Assembly (NCBI RefSeq): GCF_964355755.1
Contig: NC_092676.1
Span: forward strand, 18,432,871 to 18,496,870
DNA from: Antedon mediterranea
Lineage: Eukaryota; Animalia; Echinodermata
DNA length: 64,000 bases
Direction: 5' to 3'
Shown: positions 53,120 through 64,000 of the stretch, one piece after another
Numbering within the stretch: the stretch's first letter is position 1
Layout: each line of letters opens with the position of its first letter
Position numbers and translations under genes: made by a program
The notes under the pieces: generated by a model
Database searches by the model: none
What the model was told of the DNA's origin: nothing
The model's input: only the letters and a program-made list of their open reading frames with translations

Positions 53120-54570
53120 TCAATAATCAACTTTGACCTAATTACGCCTAGCTGATTAATTCGTTGCCAGGTTATTTCATCAGATTTACCCAATTTTAAA
53201 AGAGACTTTTTTGTATAAATTAATTTTAGTGGATATACTGTTCCAATTCATTGACAAAATTCCTTTTTTAACTTTGATAAAAAATATCTGAGCCTGTTAG
53301 AATTAAATTTCTTCAAATTATAGTCAAGCTTAATTTCAATAATTAAATAAATGTCATTTTTGTTACAGTACGCATACTTTGTTTCTTCTTTAAGATTGTC
53401 TCATACAGAAAATTCAATATATAATTTGGATATCAAATTTTTAAATTTAAAAAAATTATTCATATTCAAATTTTTCTATTTTGCAACTCTCATCAAAAAC
53501 AAGCAAAAACATTTTGTAAAATACAAATGCTTTTATTTCACATCTTAAGTTAAAATAGGCTACAAATGTGACACAAATATACAAGCAACAATATAGATTG
53601 TTACACAACTTTACTTCACTTAAAAACTGCCTTTATTAAAATAGCAATAGTTTAACCAAAACGGAAAAACAAATGTAGAGCTAGCTGTTGTCTGTAGTAG
53701 ATTGATTGGGCTACGAAAACACATCTTAACAAAGAATTACTATAATTTATATTCGAAATCTAAATAAATTTTAATTTTCACTAGCCCAAACATTGAACCA
53801 ATTTTAAACATTTTTCCATTAAATGTTTATTCTTATTTTTATTGATAAATACATATGATAAAATTATTCGAAATGTATGCATTTTTATCATCAAGACAAC
53901 TCGTCTCATCTGTACATATAATATGTAATATATCATTCCGTAAATCCAATTTCAACCCAGCAATCAAATACCCACTTCATTACTTCTCAGGCACTGTCAT
54001 CTACCCATAAAATTGTCTAAACACCTATCTTTTACTAGAGGAAGTAACAGTAAAACCAGAACCAGAAAAAAATTCTTTAGTAGGTGCAACAGTGATACAT
54101 GCAGTACATATTTATATATCATTCTGTGCTATTTACAACACATTCCCACAATCACATATTTAATGAAACTAATTACAAATGAAATTACTCTAACAATTAA
54201 ATATGCAATTAATTAATATTTTTATAGTTCATTTTGAATATTTTGTTAATTTATTTAGTAAGTTAATTTATCCAAAAAAATAATTTTATATTACAGTTCA
54301 TTCAATGCAAAAAAATTGATTAAATTATTAAGCTCTGTTTACACTATCAAAAAAATGTGATGTGCCCATATATGGACATGATGATGTCATATCACTACCA
54401 TATTTGGGCACATCACACTTTTTTTTTGTCAAACTGATTTGATAGAGCTTTAGCAATTATTTCTGAACTCCAAATCAGATATTTGTTTGTACTAAATACA
54501 GTGAGAAATCCTTCTAGGTTGAAAATAAAATAACCATACCTACTTTAGTTAACTTTAATTTTTCTGATTA

Positions 54571-54852
54571 AGCCTGGTTTCCTTAAAATTGCTACACCGT
54601 CGCTACAGCGTTTCCATTAAAATCGCTACACGCGCAGATGTCGCCGACGCAATCGGGATTCATCGCAGTCAAATCGGCGAAGTTCAACCATGTTCAACTT
54701 TGCCGATTTTGACGGCGATGAATCGTATACGCGTACCAAAGAATATTTAGCGCTCGCGTAATAGATCCCCGATAAATTCTAGCGTTTCTATAGAATCGCT
54801 ACGCATAGAATCGCTACGCTCTGTCGTGTAGCGATTTTATGGAAACCAGGCT
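54571..54852. mobile_element. Harbinger/Tourist-like MITE
   Basis: TTA|AGCCTGGTTTCCTTAAAATTGCTACAC ... GTGTAGCGATTTTATGGAAACCAGGCT|TTA. Confidence 0.8.
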
Positions 54853-56051
54853 TTAACCAAGAATATATTTCTGCAACATCGCAATGTTAAAATGAAAATG
54901 CTGTTCACTGTCTTTTATTTGCGCGAATAATTCTTGCCAACGAGATGACACACTTAAAGAGTTCAACAACCATGCTAAACTCCACAGCATTTGTCATTTC
55001 TCAAATATAATTCAAATATTGAAAATTATACCACACCCCTATTAGTAATATAACAAAAACTAGGGGCCCCGAAAAATTGATAAGGCCCCGGTTATCTCCA
55101 TTATCATTTGTACAGATGAAAACAGTAAACATTTTAAATAAGCAGTCAACCGAGAGGTCAAAGAATATTTCAGTGCCTCAGTCACCACCATCATTATAAT
55201 TTGTGTGGAAACAGGCAACTATGTCAGTGAAAAATTTTTCACACACATGTTGGAGATTCTCTATCTTGGAAACTCTCTATCTTGGAGATACTCTTATATT
55301 TACAGCTTAGATCTCCATACCAAAATGATGATTATAGTCATTATGTGTCCATGGTGTACAATTTGATGACATGGACACAAAGCTATAGCCATACCATTTT
55401 CATATATACACCAATGACTATCAAACAGATATATGAATTAACCAAAGAATCAATCAGTGACTAACTTCAAGAAAATGACTTGACAATTTGTATAAAATAT
55501 TACTTTGCTCCAAATGGTAAAATGATCTACTGACCAATCACAATTGGAATAATTATTCTCATAGAAAAGGTAAAACATATGATCACAATCTCTTTATTAT
55601 CTTCGGTGACTTATGTTTAACCAGACTATCCAGTCTGCACTGAACTTTTCAGTTTGGTTAAGCTATCTTCGTTAATTTTCCAGAGCAGGTGTTTCCAGAC
55701 GAACCGATTTCCAATTTCAGTATTTTTTTATATATATTTTTATAATTTAAAGAGAAAAAACTATCAAAAAACTTTGGGCTATAATTTTTTTTACTCTATT
55801 TTATACATTAATATTGTAAAAGTGATGGTCATTATTCAATAGTTTCAATAGAGAAATGTAAAAAAAAACCAAGGCAGCGAAAAACAAAAATAATTACTGT
55901 CAGACAAGCTATGTGTGCAATCAAATATTTTCTTTACAATTAGGAGGAAACTTACGTTTATACGATAAAAATATTGTACCAATGTTTACCTAAATATTTA
56001 AATGACACTGCTAGAACGCATTTATTTACTAATCCCTAACGTGACTCCTTA

Positions 56052-59000
56052 TCATAAACAGACTTTACGTCTCTTTCTTGTGTTGCGACTCTTCTCGCTA
56101 GAATTGTCTGAATCTACACTGGAATCTTGATCCTTGGTTGTCCTACTGTACGTCATGTTCGGTAAAAGTCGTTCTAAGATTTCAATAAACTGTTCCTCCA
56201 ACTTTTCTGCATGTATGACTTCTTCCGAGCCCTTCTGAAACACAAATAAACAAAACACTTTCTAAACTATTTGTTATTGTCATTGTTGCATAGTAGAGTC
56301 TCCTAAGGCAAGTATATTATATACAGTCAACTCCGCCTAAGTCGAATTTGTGTAAGTCGAAAAATCGCGAAAGTCGAATTTTTATGAAAGTCCTAATTCT
56401 TTCCTATACATTACTGTGCAATTTTTATTTGTAAGTCGACGTCTTTTTGCGGTCCGAATACACACATTCTTTAGTGATTTATATCGTATAAGTCGAAGTC
56501 ATAAATCACGCGGCAACAACGAGCTAAAAAAGCCAATGAAAAGTAAATAATTCGATAAAAAAACGACAGAGGTGATAATGTGGGACCATATTGGTTCTCT
56601 CGAGCACGTTGTATAGTATAGGCGGCATCCTACAACTCGCGCTAGTATATACTGTACGAGTTGTTTTAGAGTTGAGAACTTGAGCGGCGTTTTGTGGGTA
56701 CCCATTTTGTGTTAGACAGATGGCAATATAAACAATGGATACCGATTTCGAATAAGAACCGAAATGTATTTATTATACGTTTTCGTATTGTTATGACTTA
56801 AACCATAAAGAAAATACAGTTGCTGATAAAAGAGGCTTAGCGTTTATTAGGCCTAGATAGCTAAGAAAACTCAATTCAAGAAGACTACAGGGCAGGGTCT
56901 ACAAGGCTTAGCCATAGCGCGGCTAGTGAGTGAACCTATGCCTAGCATTTTTTTCACAAATCTGTTCAAGTCGAAGTTCACATAACTCAAATTTTTATAC
57001 CGGTCTGATTAGATTCGACTTAGGCGGAGTCGACTGTACAAATATTAAGAAATCATAGGACTAAAGATGAAATAATCAGCTATATCAAAGAACTGATTGG
57101 TAGAAATATGTTGGTAGGCTGACAAGTTTCATGCATAGATATACTATAAGAACAAGATCAACTCCAAAATGGCGGCTACGACCAACCATTCGATACATTA
57201 GTTATAAACCCTATGCCTAAAATATTATTTGTGCATTTTGGATACAAAAATTTAAGTACAAACCTTATAGTAAAGCTCAGCATTGGTAAATATGAGTTTT
57301 ATATCCAATATAAAGCTATCATAATTATTGTATTCTAAGCATAGCGTCCTAGTTTTAATCGTCTGTAGATCCACTGGGTTCTTCACTACTTTGTAGTATT
57401 TCTTAGCCTGTAAAATAAAAATTAATTAATTAATTAGGAATAATAGGAAATAGATTCTTGGTAATTTTCACTGTATCAAGGGAAAATTCAGATACAGTGT
57501 GTCCTGTGTCACATGTGAACCCTTATCATAGGCTATAAAGTTAACCTTAAAATAATATACCAATCAATCAATGCCGCCAAGTGGGTATTCGTGTAGAAAG
57601 TTGAACATTTTAAAAAACAATTTAAAGTTTGAGAAAAATATGTATAAAATAGCCAAATATAAGAAAATAATGCTACAGTTAGTTAAGTGATGTACAAAAA
57701 TAACCATAATTTGTTTGAAGTAATATTGGTATGCATTACCTCTTTCTTGTCAATAGGCTTTCTAAACAAAGCACTGTCCTTTGATTTGTTTAATCTGTAC
57801 AGTATATCTTCAAGAATCTAAAAAGAAAAATACAAGTCATATAAACAGTCAGTGCACCAGGAGACACATCTACAGCTCTACTTGCGCAAAGAGAAACAAT
57901 TACAACGTACAGTTTAACTAATTGCATTTGAACACACATACGCAATACTTACTCTAGTTTCAAAGGCTTGCTTGGCCTTCTTCGTTGTAGTAACTTGATC
58001 ATCCGAATCATCGTCGTCATATCTTATTCGTTTTCGTGAAGATTTATTAGCGGATTTCTTAGTATTCTTTAATCTCCTTGACTTCGTAGTTCTCTTTTTA
58101 CCATGTGTACATTCGTTACACGACCACTTTCCTCTACAAAATAAATAAGAACATTTTTGATTTATCAGACTGGAAAGTTATTTGGTGGAATTAATTTAAG
58201 CTAGTTGAGCCAGTTGTGAAACTGCTATGAGCACTCACGGACTACATTCAGGGTCCTAGAGCAGTGCAAAAAAAAAAACCCATTCTCAATAACAGTAAAA
58301 AAAGTATTTAGAAAACGGACCTAAAAAATAAATAACTTCCGTCATTAACAGGTCCTAGGCTCTCAGCATTAGAGAGCCCTTAGGGGCCTTAAACTAGGCG
58401 GTTAATTGACCTTGCGTTTCTCCACTACAATTAGCCAGCCTAGGATAATCACTTACCTAGGAAAGTTCCTTAGTGGAGGCTCATGGCAGTCTCTATGATA
58501 GAAGCTTTCGCATTCGTAACAGTTCAATAATTCTCCCTGTTCATCACAAACACAACAGTACTGCTCTTCTTCCTCTTCATATTCACTCTCGTTGTCGTAA
58601 TCTTCAATAACCACGCGGTTTCTGGCGGTACGACGAGGAGTTTGAGGCTGGGAAAAGATAACATTTTATTTAAATGGAAATACTCAATTCATGAGCACTC
58701 ACAAAAGTACAGACATCAACCAATGTGAACAAATACAATGGAACCTCTTCTTTGGATACGCCTATTAAGGGGACACTTTCCCATGAAATGAACGAGGGGA
58801 AATATGTTTCAACACTACAGTCACCCCCTATTAAGGGGACACTCCTAATAAGGGCTCTATTAGTACACAGTGAAGGATGGTAACCATCAACGCCAAAATA
58901 CAGTGGAGCCCCTGCTATTAAGGGGACACTTTTCACCTTGAAAAGGTTCTATTAAGCTCTGTCTACACTATCAAACTAGTTTGACCAAAAAAGTGTGATG

Positions 59001-62000
59001 TGGCAAAAAATGGTAGTGACATGTCCAAATATGGTAGTGACATCATTTCCATATATGGGCACATCATATTTTTTTGTCATAAAGTTTGATAGTGTAGACA
59101 GAGATTTACGTAATAAAGGACGTGGCAACCATACCTTGCAAGATGGGCATTTCCATTCTCCTTTTGGAAAAGACTTTAATACAGGGCGTAAGCATGATAG
59201 ATGGAATGGTTGATTGCAATCATCGCAAAGTATAAGCCTATTTTCACTGCTCTTCTTCCTGCAAATTTTACATTTTGCGTTCTCCGCAGACTTCTCCCAT
59301 TTGACGCTAGATTCAAAGATACCCAATAGTACATGAAGTCGTGAAAGGGTGGTGGCGCTTTCAACTGCATCGCGCCACTTCAGTATTTTTTCTGGAACTT
59401 TAGGTTCATCAGATTCTAACAAAAAAATTTAAAATACAAGTGTACCTTCTTAAACATGGGAAACACTAGAACATAATGCCTAAACATTGGGTTATAATAA
59501 TTATAGTTTCATATGTAGAGTACAACATCATTCAGCAATAGGTATTACGAATGAATGTTATTAAACATTGAACAAGAATAATGTGAATTCGTTTTGTGAA
59601 TTGAATTGAAATATTTTATTTATACTTGGCGACCTCTTCAGTCAAAGACTGGTCTCCCAGAGGGCCCAGTTATGATCAGTGGCTGTGATGTACCAATACA
59701 CCGGGGTAACCCCTACTCGTCTCGAAAGATGTACTAGGTTCTTTAAAGTGCACATGAGCTAGATGTGTACACTGGACCTACGGTTTATAGTCCTTATCCG
59801 AGAAGACTCGTTCTACCACCAGAACCATGAAGTGAGTGAGCCTCAAACCCCTGCCGATGTTATGGCTACGTAATTACGGTTCCACTGTCTTAACCGCTCG
59901 GCCACTCACTTTGTACTTTGTTTGTTTGTTGTATTTGTGTCTTACATGAATACGATAATTCTAAGTATATTGTATAGTACCATACAAATAACGTTAATAA
60001 ATGGAAATGATATCCCACTGATGAAATGAACTACAGTGTACTCAGTAAAAGCTAGTTAACACTTACACAGTTAAAATGTCAACAATAATCTCATTGTAAT
60101 GTTTTTTGTTAAAGTCTAGATTTATTGTAACTACCATCCACATTTATAAATATTTAATCATTTATTAAGAAAAATATTAGTATCATTTGTAGAAACTTAT
60201 AAACAACAACAAAGTGACCATGTAAATCTAAAACTCCCTAAACATACCTGGATCATCAGAATCGTTTTCCTCCAATCTTACTTTTGGTTTCTTCATTGCC
60301 ATAATGCCCTGCAGAAACCGTGGATTTGTAGAGTTCTGAGTCTCAATAAGCAACGCACCCTGTTAAAAACATTCAAATACAATAAAATTGTATGTAACTT
60401 CAAGAATTGAAATTAAAGATATATTCTCCCCAAAAAGATGAAAAATGAAGATTAATTAAATCATACTTTGAATATGTTATTTTGTAGTTTTAATTCTACT
60501 TCCCTAGAAAAAAAAACCCGATTGTGTTTTCACTTATAAAATGACAAAATAAATTGTTAAATTTAACCAAAAACTCATTGGCTGGAAGTCAATTTGACCA
60601 AGCTTTAAATTACAGGTAAATAAGTTTTGATCTAATTTTTGGTCAAAGTGGATAACTATTATGTTACAGTAAAATTGCATATTCAACAACAATTTTGTTA
60701 AAAATTTTTTTTTTTCAGGGGGACAATACATCTTTAAATTTAGGCAGGTTTTTATTTAGCATTGGCATAAATTTCCTCTTGGCTACCCAACTACTTATTG
60801 CTTTGTATCTGATGGCTAACATTGAGACTAGTACTAGCTTTACATAATTAGTGCCAGATCAAAAGCTCCCTTACTGAAATATACCCAATCATGATAATAA
60901 TTTATATTTTGACATATATTATGTCATTATTATTATTAATGACTTAATTACTAACCAGTGTTTCTAGATCCTCTGCTGTATTCAAACTCTTCTCCCAAAC
61001 TTGGAATGAGTCCACCCCTCCCAGGTTTCCTTGTCGTATATGCTGCTCTTCATCTAATAGGTCTTCTTTGAAAGCAGTCAGCAGGTCCTCTGGCCCATTG
61101 CATGCTCTTAGTCCAGGACTAGACCTGATTTTGAAAACAAACATTATGTTACACAAGAACAGGAGCACAAACTTTAATAGGGGCACTTTCCTGTGAAACC
61201 ACTAACAAGATAGATTATACAGGAGACACTACAGGTCCTGGAGGTGTCCCTTTAACAGGTGTTCTACTTTATTTTAAGTACTGGTTGTTTGCGTATAAGT
61301 ATACTTTCACAAGATTAAGTGCACGTCAGTGTACTGGAAAGTGCAATACAGACAGAAATGCCATTGAAATTGGTAAGTGGTCATAAACTGAAGAAAAACC
61401 TACATCTCAACGTAGTATGTAATATCTGAAATTCAATTCGCAGCGGTAACCATTAATATTAATGTGTAATGAAAATTAAATATGCAGTGTAGTATAGTGG
61501 CAATGTTTCTTATGTCTGTAGGCTCTTATATACAAGATGTATAATAGATGGAGAAGTCTTTTGTAAGTACAAGATCTGAGCTAGAAGCTCATTTTTATTG
61601 AGATAGAAATATACAATAAAGTTCTTGGGGCTTTTTCTAATTTGTTTGGAAATTGATTGAAAAATCTTTGCTATTAAAATGAATGTATTAACGTATGTAT
61701 GTACCTCCTTGCCAGATTGAGTGACTTGACAATGTCTTGGTAACTTTTCTTGAGCTCTACATAGAGGGTGCTTTCACGTATGCCTTGGTTGTTTATAATC
61801 TCCATCAATGTATCTAGGTCCTTTTGACTGTCATACTGAAACCACATATTTTGACCAACCTTTGGAATTCTATAAAAACAATATTGATAGATTTATTGAA
61901 TGAGTTATTGTATTGGAATTACGACTCTGTCTACACTATCAAACTTTATAACAAAAAAAATGTGATGTGCCAATATATGGACACGATATCATATCACTAC

Positions 62001-63696
62001 CATATTTGGGCCAATCACACTTTTTGTAAAACTAATTTGATAGTGTAGACAGAGCTTTAGAAATATAATATTTTAAAAAATACGACTAGAAATTTCAAAA
62101 TTCATTCTTAATTGTAATTTTTATACCAAATACTAACAAGGAATAGAAATATATTAACTTTGAATATGTATAAAAAATTTAAATAGGCCTACACAACTAT
62201 CTCTAGTAGTGATTATTCTGAATTCAGAATTTAAAATTATGGTGGACTTATGGTGTCTCATCAAAATAGGGGTGAGCTTACCCGCATCAGTTCGGTACTT
62301 ACGTTAACTCTACACCTTCTGTGGGCAGATCCGAGTCGTCTGAATCTGAATCACTGTCGTCATCTTTGAATGAATTGCCAATCTCTTTACAAGCCCAACC
62401 CTTCTCAACAAAAAGTCCAGGTACGACACTGGAGAACAGCCAGTAACGACTATGATTACGATCAACACCTAGAGGCTGGTTTCGCAATATTGACTTGGCT
62501 AGTTGAATACCATCCTATATATGAAACAATATGAGACAAAATTGAGTACAATCATTTCCAAAGCCAAGTTTCTTAATGTAAACAAATATTTTTTTATATG
62601 GTTCGTCTCCATATCATTATCATAAAGGCCAATTGACACAGACAAGTGGTAACGGTAAGCAGAAAACCAAAATAGAATCCATGTTATTTCTTATGACCAT
62701 TTACACAAAATGCAGAGCACTGCAGATGAACAGTTGAGCGGAAACATGCTCAGGATAAATACAGATTCTATGTGGGACAAGCTACATGGTTTTTCGCTTA
62801 CTGTTACCGATAAGATTGCAGTTAATATGCTAAAAAAAATTTTAGGCCACTAGAAAAACCTTATGCCTTCCATACCTCAAACCGTCTTTCAAACGACTCG
62901 GCTTCACGCTGTTTTCTTAATTCCTCTAGATCTTTTATACGTCGTTCTTTTTCTTTACGTTCTTGCTCAGCGCGTTCAACCTTCATTTTTGCAGATTGCA
63001 TACGTCTTCTTTTGATGACTGTAATCAAATCGTTTTCGTCTTCTGGAATAATTATTTCTTCTTCCTTCGTATTCTCCTTAGCTTTATTTTCAGTCTTATT
63101 TTCTAAAAAAAAAAAGTCAATAAATATTTTAGCATTCACAAATACCAAAATGATTAGTACATCAATTAATTTTATAAGAAGTAGACAATTGATTGATTAC
63201 CAAGTTGTAGATCACCGAAGTAAAGCAATGTTGGGCCAGGTTAGAGCTTGGATGGGAGACCATTTGGGGATTTCAGGTTATGTATATGGAGCTGGGGTCC
63301 CATTAGACATTTAAAATCAGCACTGCTGACTTTTATGGCACCCCTGCATCTAGTATCTGCCTCAGATATATTGGCATATGCCTTACCTCTGGTCAAGGTG
63401 GGCACTGGATGAGAGAAGCCCTCAAATCAATGATAAGACCAACCAAAGTGCTTTAAACAGTCCTTCCATTATTCAGATAAATGCAAGACTAAGGCACCTT
63501 GATGCCGTCTTATTTATGAATGGAATACTCAATATCACCTTTTTTAACTTCTTTGTCCCCGTTCTTTGCTACATTAGGCTTCTTCTCCTGTTCCTCCTCC
63601 TTCTTAAGCCGCAATGCTTCCTTTTCTTCCCTAATTTTCTTCTTTTCTTCCCTCACTCTATCATTTTTTTCTTTCAGTGTTTTCAGTTTCTCTTTC
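56052..63696 (-). CDS. BAZ1B: BAZ1B/WSTF-like chromatin-remodelling subunit, 3' half (WHIM/WSD region, two PHD fingers, bromodomain); 5' exons lie beyond the window end
   Basis: Exons 63539-63696, 62876-63102, 62303-62514, 61705-61869, 60956-61124, 60248-60359, 59135-59415, 58457-58647, 57953-58133, 57740-57817, 57264-57407, 56052-56234 (TGA); phases are consistent. Motifs PLGVDRNHSRYWLFSSVVPGLFVEKGW, PKVGQNMWF..GIRES and SRLHVLLGIFESSVKWEKSAENAKCKICRKK match WSTF. Confidence 0.92.
56324..57036. mobile_element. Non-autonomous Tc1/mariner (pogo/Tigger-like) element in the last BAZ1B intron
   Basis: TA|CAGTCAACTCCGCCTAAGTCGAAT ... ATTCGACTTAGGCGGAGTCGACTG|TA, with subterminal AAGTCGA repeats. 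Confidence 0.85.
58955..59105. mobile_element. Tourist-like MITE family B copy
   Basis: TTA|AGCTCTGTCTACACTATCAAAC...GTTTGATAGTGTAGACAGAGAT|TTA; it forms the spurious tail of ORF 58976-59422. Confidence 0.85.
59595..59910 (-). mobile_element. tRNA-headed SINE with Deu/Nin-like central domain (other copies ~21633-21980 +, ~32740-32885 -, ~46608-46790 +)
   Basis: Minus strand: A-box TGGCCGAGCGGTTAAG, B-box-like GGTTTGAGGC, core CTCGGATAAGGACTATAAACCGTAGGTCC...TTAAAGAACC...GAGTAGGGGTTACCCCGGTGT, and a (TTCAA)n tail. Confidence 0.7.
60417..60733. mobile_element. TTAA-flanked (Kolobok-like) non-autonomous element; partial second copy ~44180-44413
   Basis: TTAA|AGATATATTCTCCCC ... GGGGACAATACATCT|TTAA; the internal sequence is shared with the 44.2-44.4 kb copy. 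Confidence 0.7.
63210..63284 (+). pseudogene. 5S rRNA-derived fragment (pseudogene or SINE3 head), antisense within a BAZ1B intron
   Basis: GATCACCGAAGTAAAGCAATGTTGGGCCAGGTTAGAGCTTGGATGGGAGACC resembles the animal 5S internal control region (GATCACCGAAGTTAAGCA..GGGCC.GGTTAGTACTTGGATGGG.GACC); the 5' ~40 nt are missing or degenerate. Confidence 0.75.
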
Positions 63697-63700
63697 CTAA

Positions 63701-64000
63701 AAAGACAAATCCACAAAGTAATATATAATGCCCAGCTCTAAAACAATCTGTGTCCAAAAGGATCTAACACAACACAATGGACTAAAATGTTTAAAGACAA
63801 ATCCACAAAGTAATATATAATGCCCAGCTCTAAAACAATCTGTGTCCTAAAGGATCTAACACAACACAATGGACTAAAATGTTTAAAGACAAATCCACAA
63901 AGTAATATATAATGCCCAGCTCTAAAACAATCTGTGTCCAAAAGGATCTAACACAACACAATGGACTAAAATGTTTAAAGACAAATCCACAAAGTAATAT
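63701..64000. repeat. 92-bp tandem repeat in a BAZ1B intron (runs off the window end)
   Basis: AAAGACAAATCCACAAAG recurs at 63701, 63793, 63885 and 63977. Confidence 0.95.

Noticed and set aside
55600-55720. Possible extra BAZ1B terminal exon
   Set aside because: No convincing acceptor, and exon 56052-56234 already ends in a stop after a basic NLS-like tail.

Overview
AT-rich, intron-rich animal genomic DNA, probably a marine invertebrate; the taxon cannot be proven from sequence. I reconstructed four spliced genes exon by exon with consistent splice phases: the 3' part of DNAAF3 (+, 492-4577), a complete 187-aa Ras GTPase (-, 34661-12657, 8 coding exons), a complete B-Myb-like 3R-Myb (-, 52954-37524, ~769 aa, 19 exons) and the 3' half of BAZ1B/WSTF (-, 63696-56052). 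The rest is MITEs (Harbinger-, Tc1/mariner-, Kolobok- and hAT-like), a non-autonomous Helitron, SINEs, a 5S-derived fragment and minisatellites. The main finding is in Myb: the exon encoding the R2 DNA-binding repeat exists as two intact, same-length (104 nt), anciently diverged copies (50573-50676 and 48483-48586). Between them lie a 178-bp tandem array built from the 3' end of the first copy and a 22-nt candidate micro-exon that would restore frame if both copies were included. This suggests switchable or expandable Myb DNA-binding domains. Other findings: a U12 minor intron in Myb, an Asn-to-Tyr bromodomain in BAZ1B, a CCLF terminus on Ras, and Tc1/mariner-type excision footprints visible by comparing repeat copies. 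All calls are by eye, without database searches or expression data.
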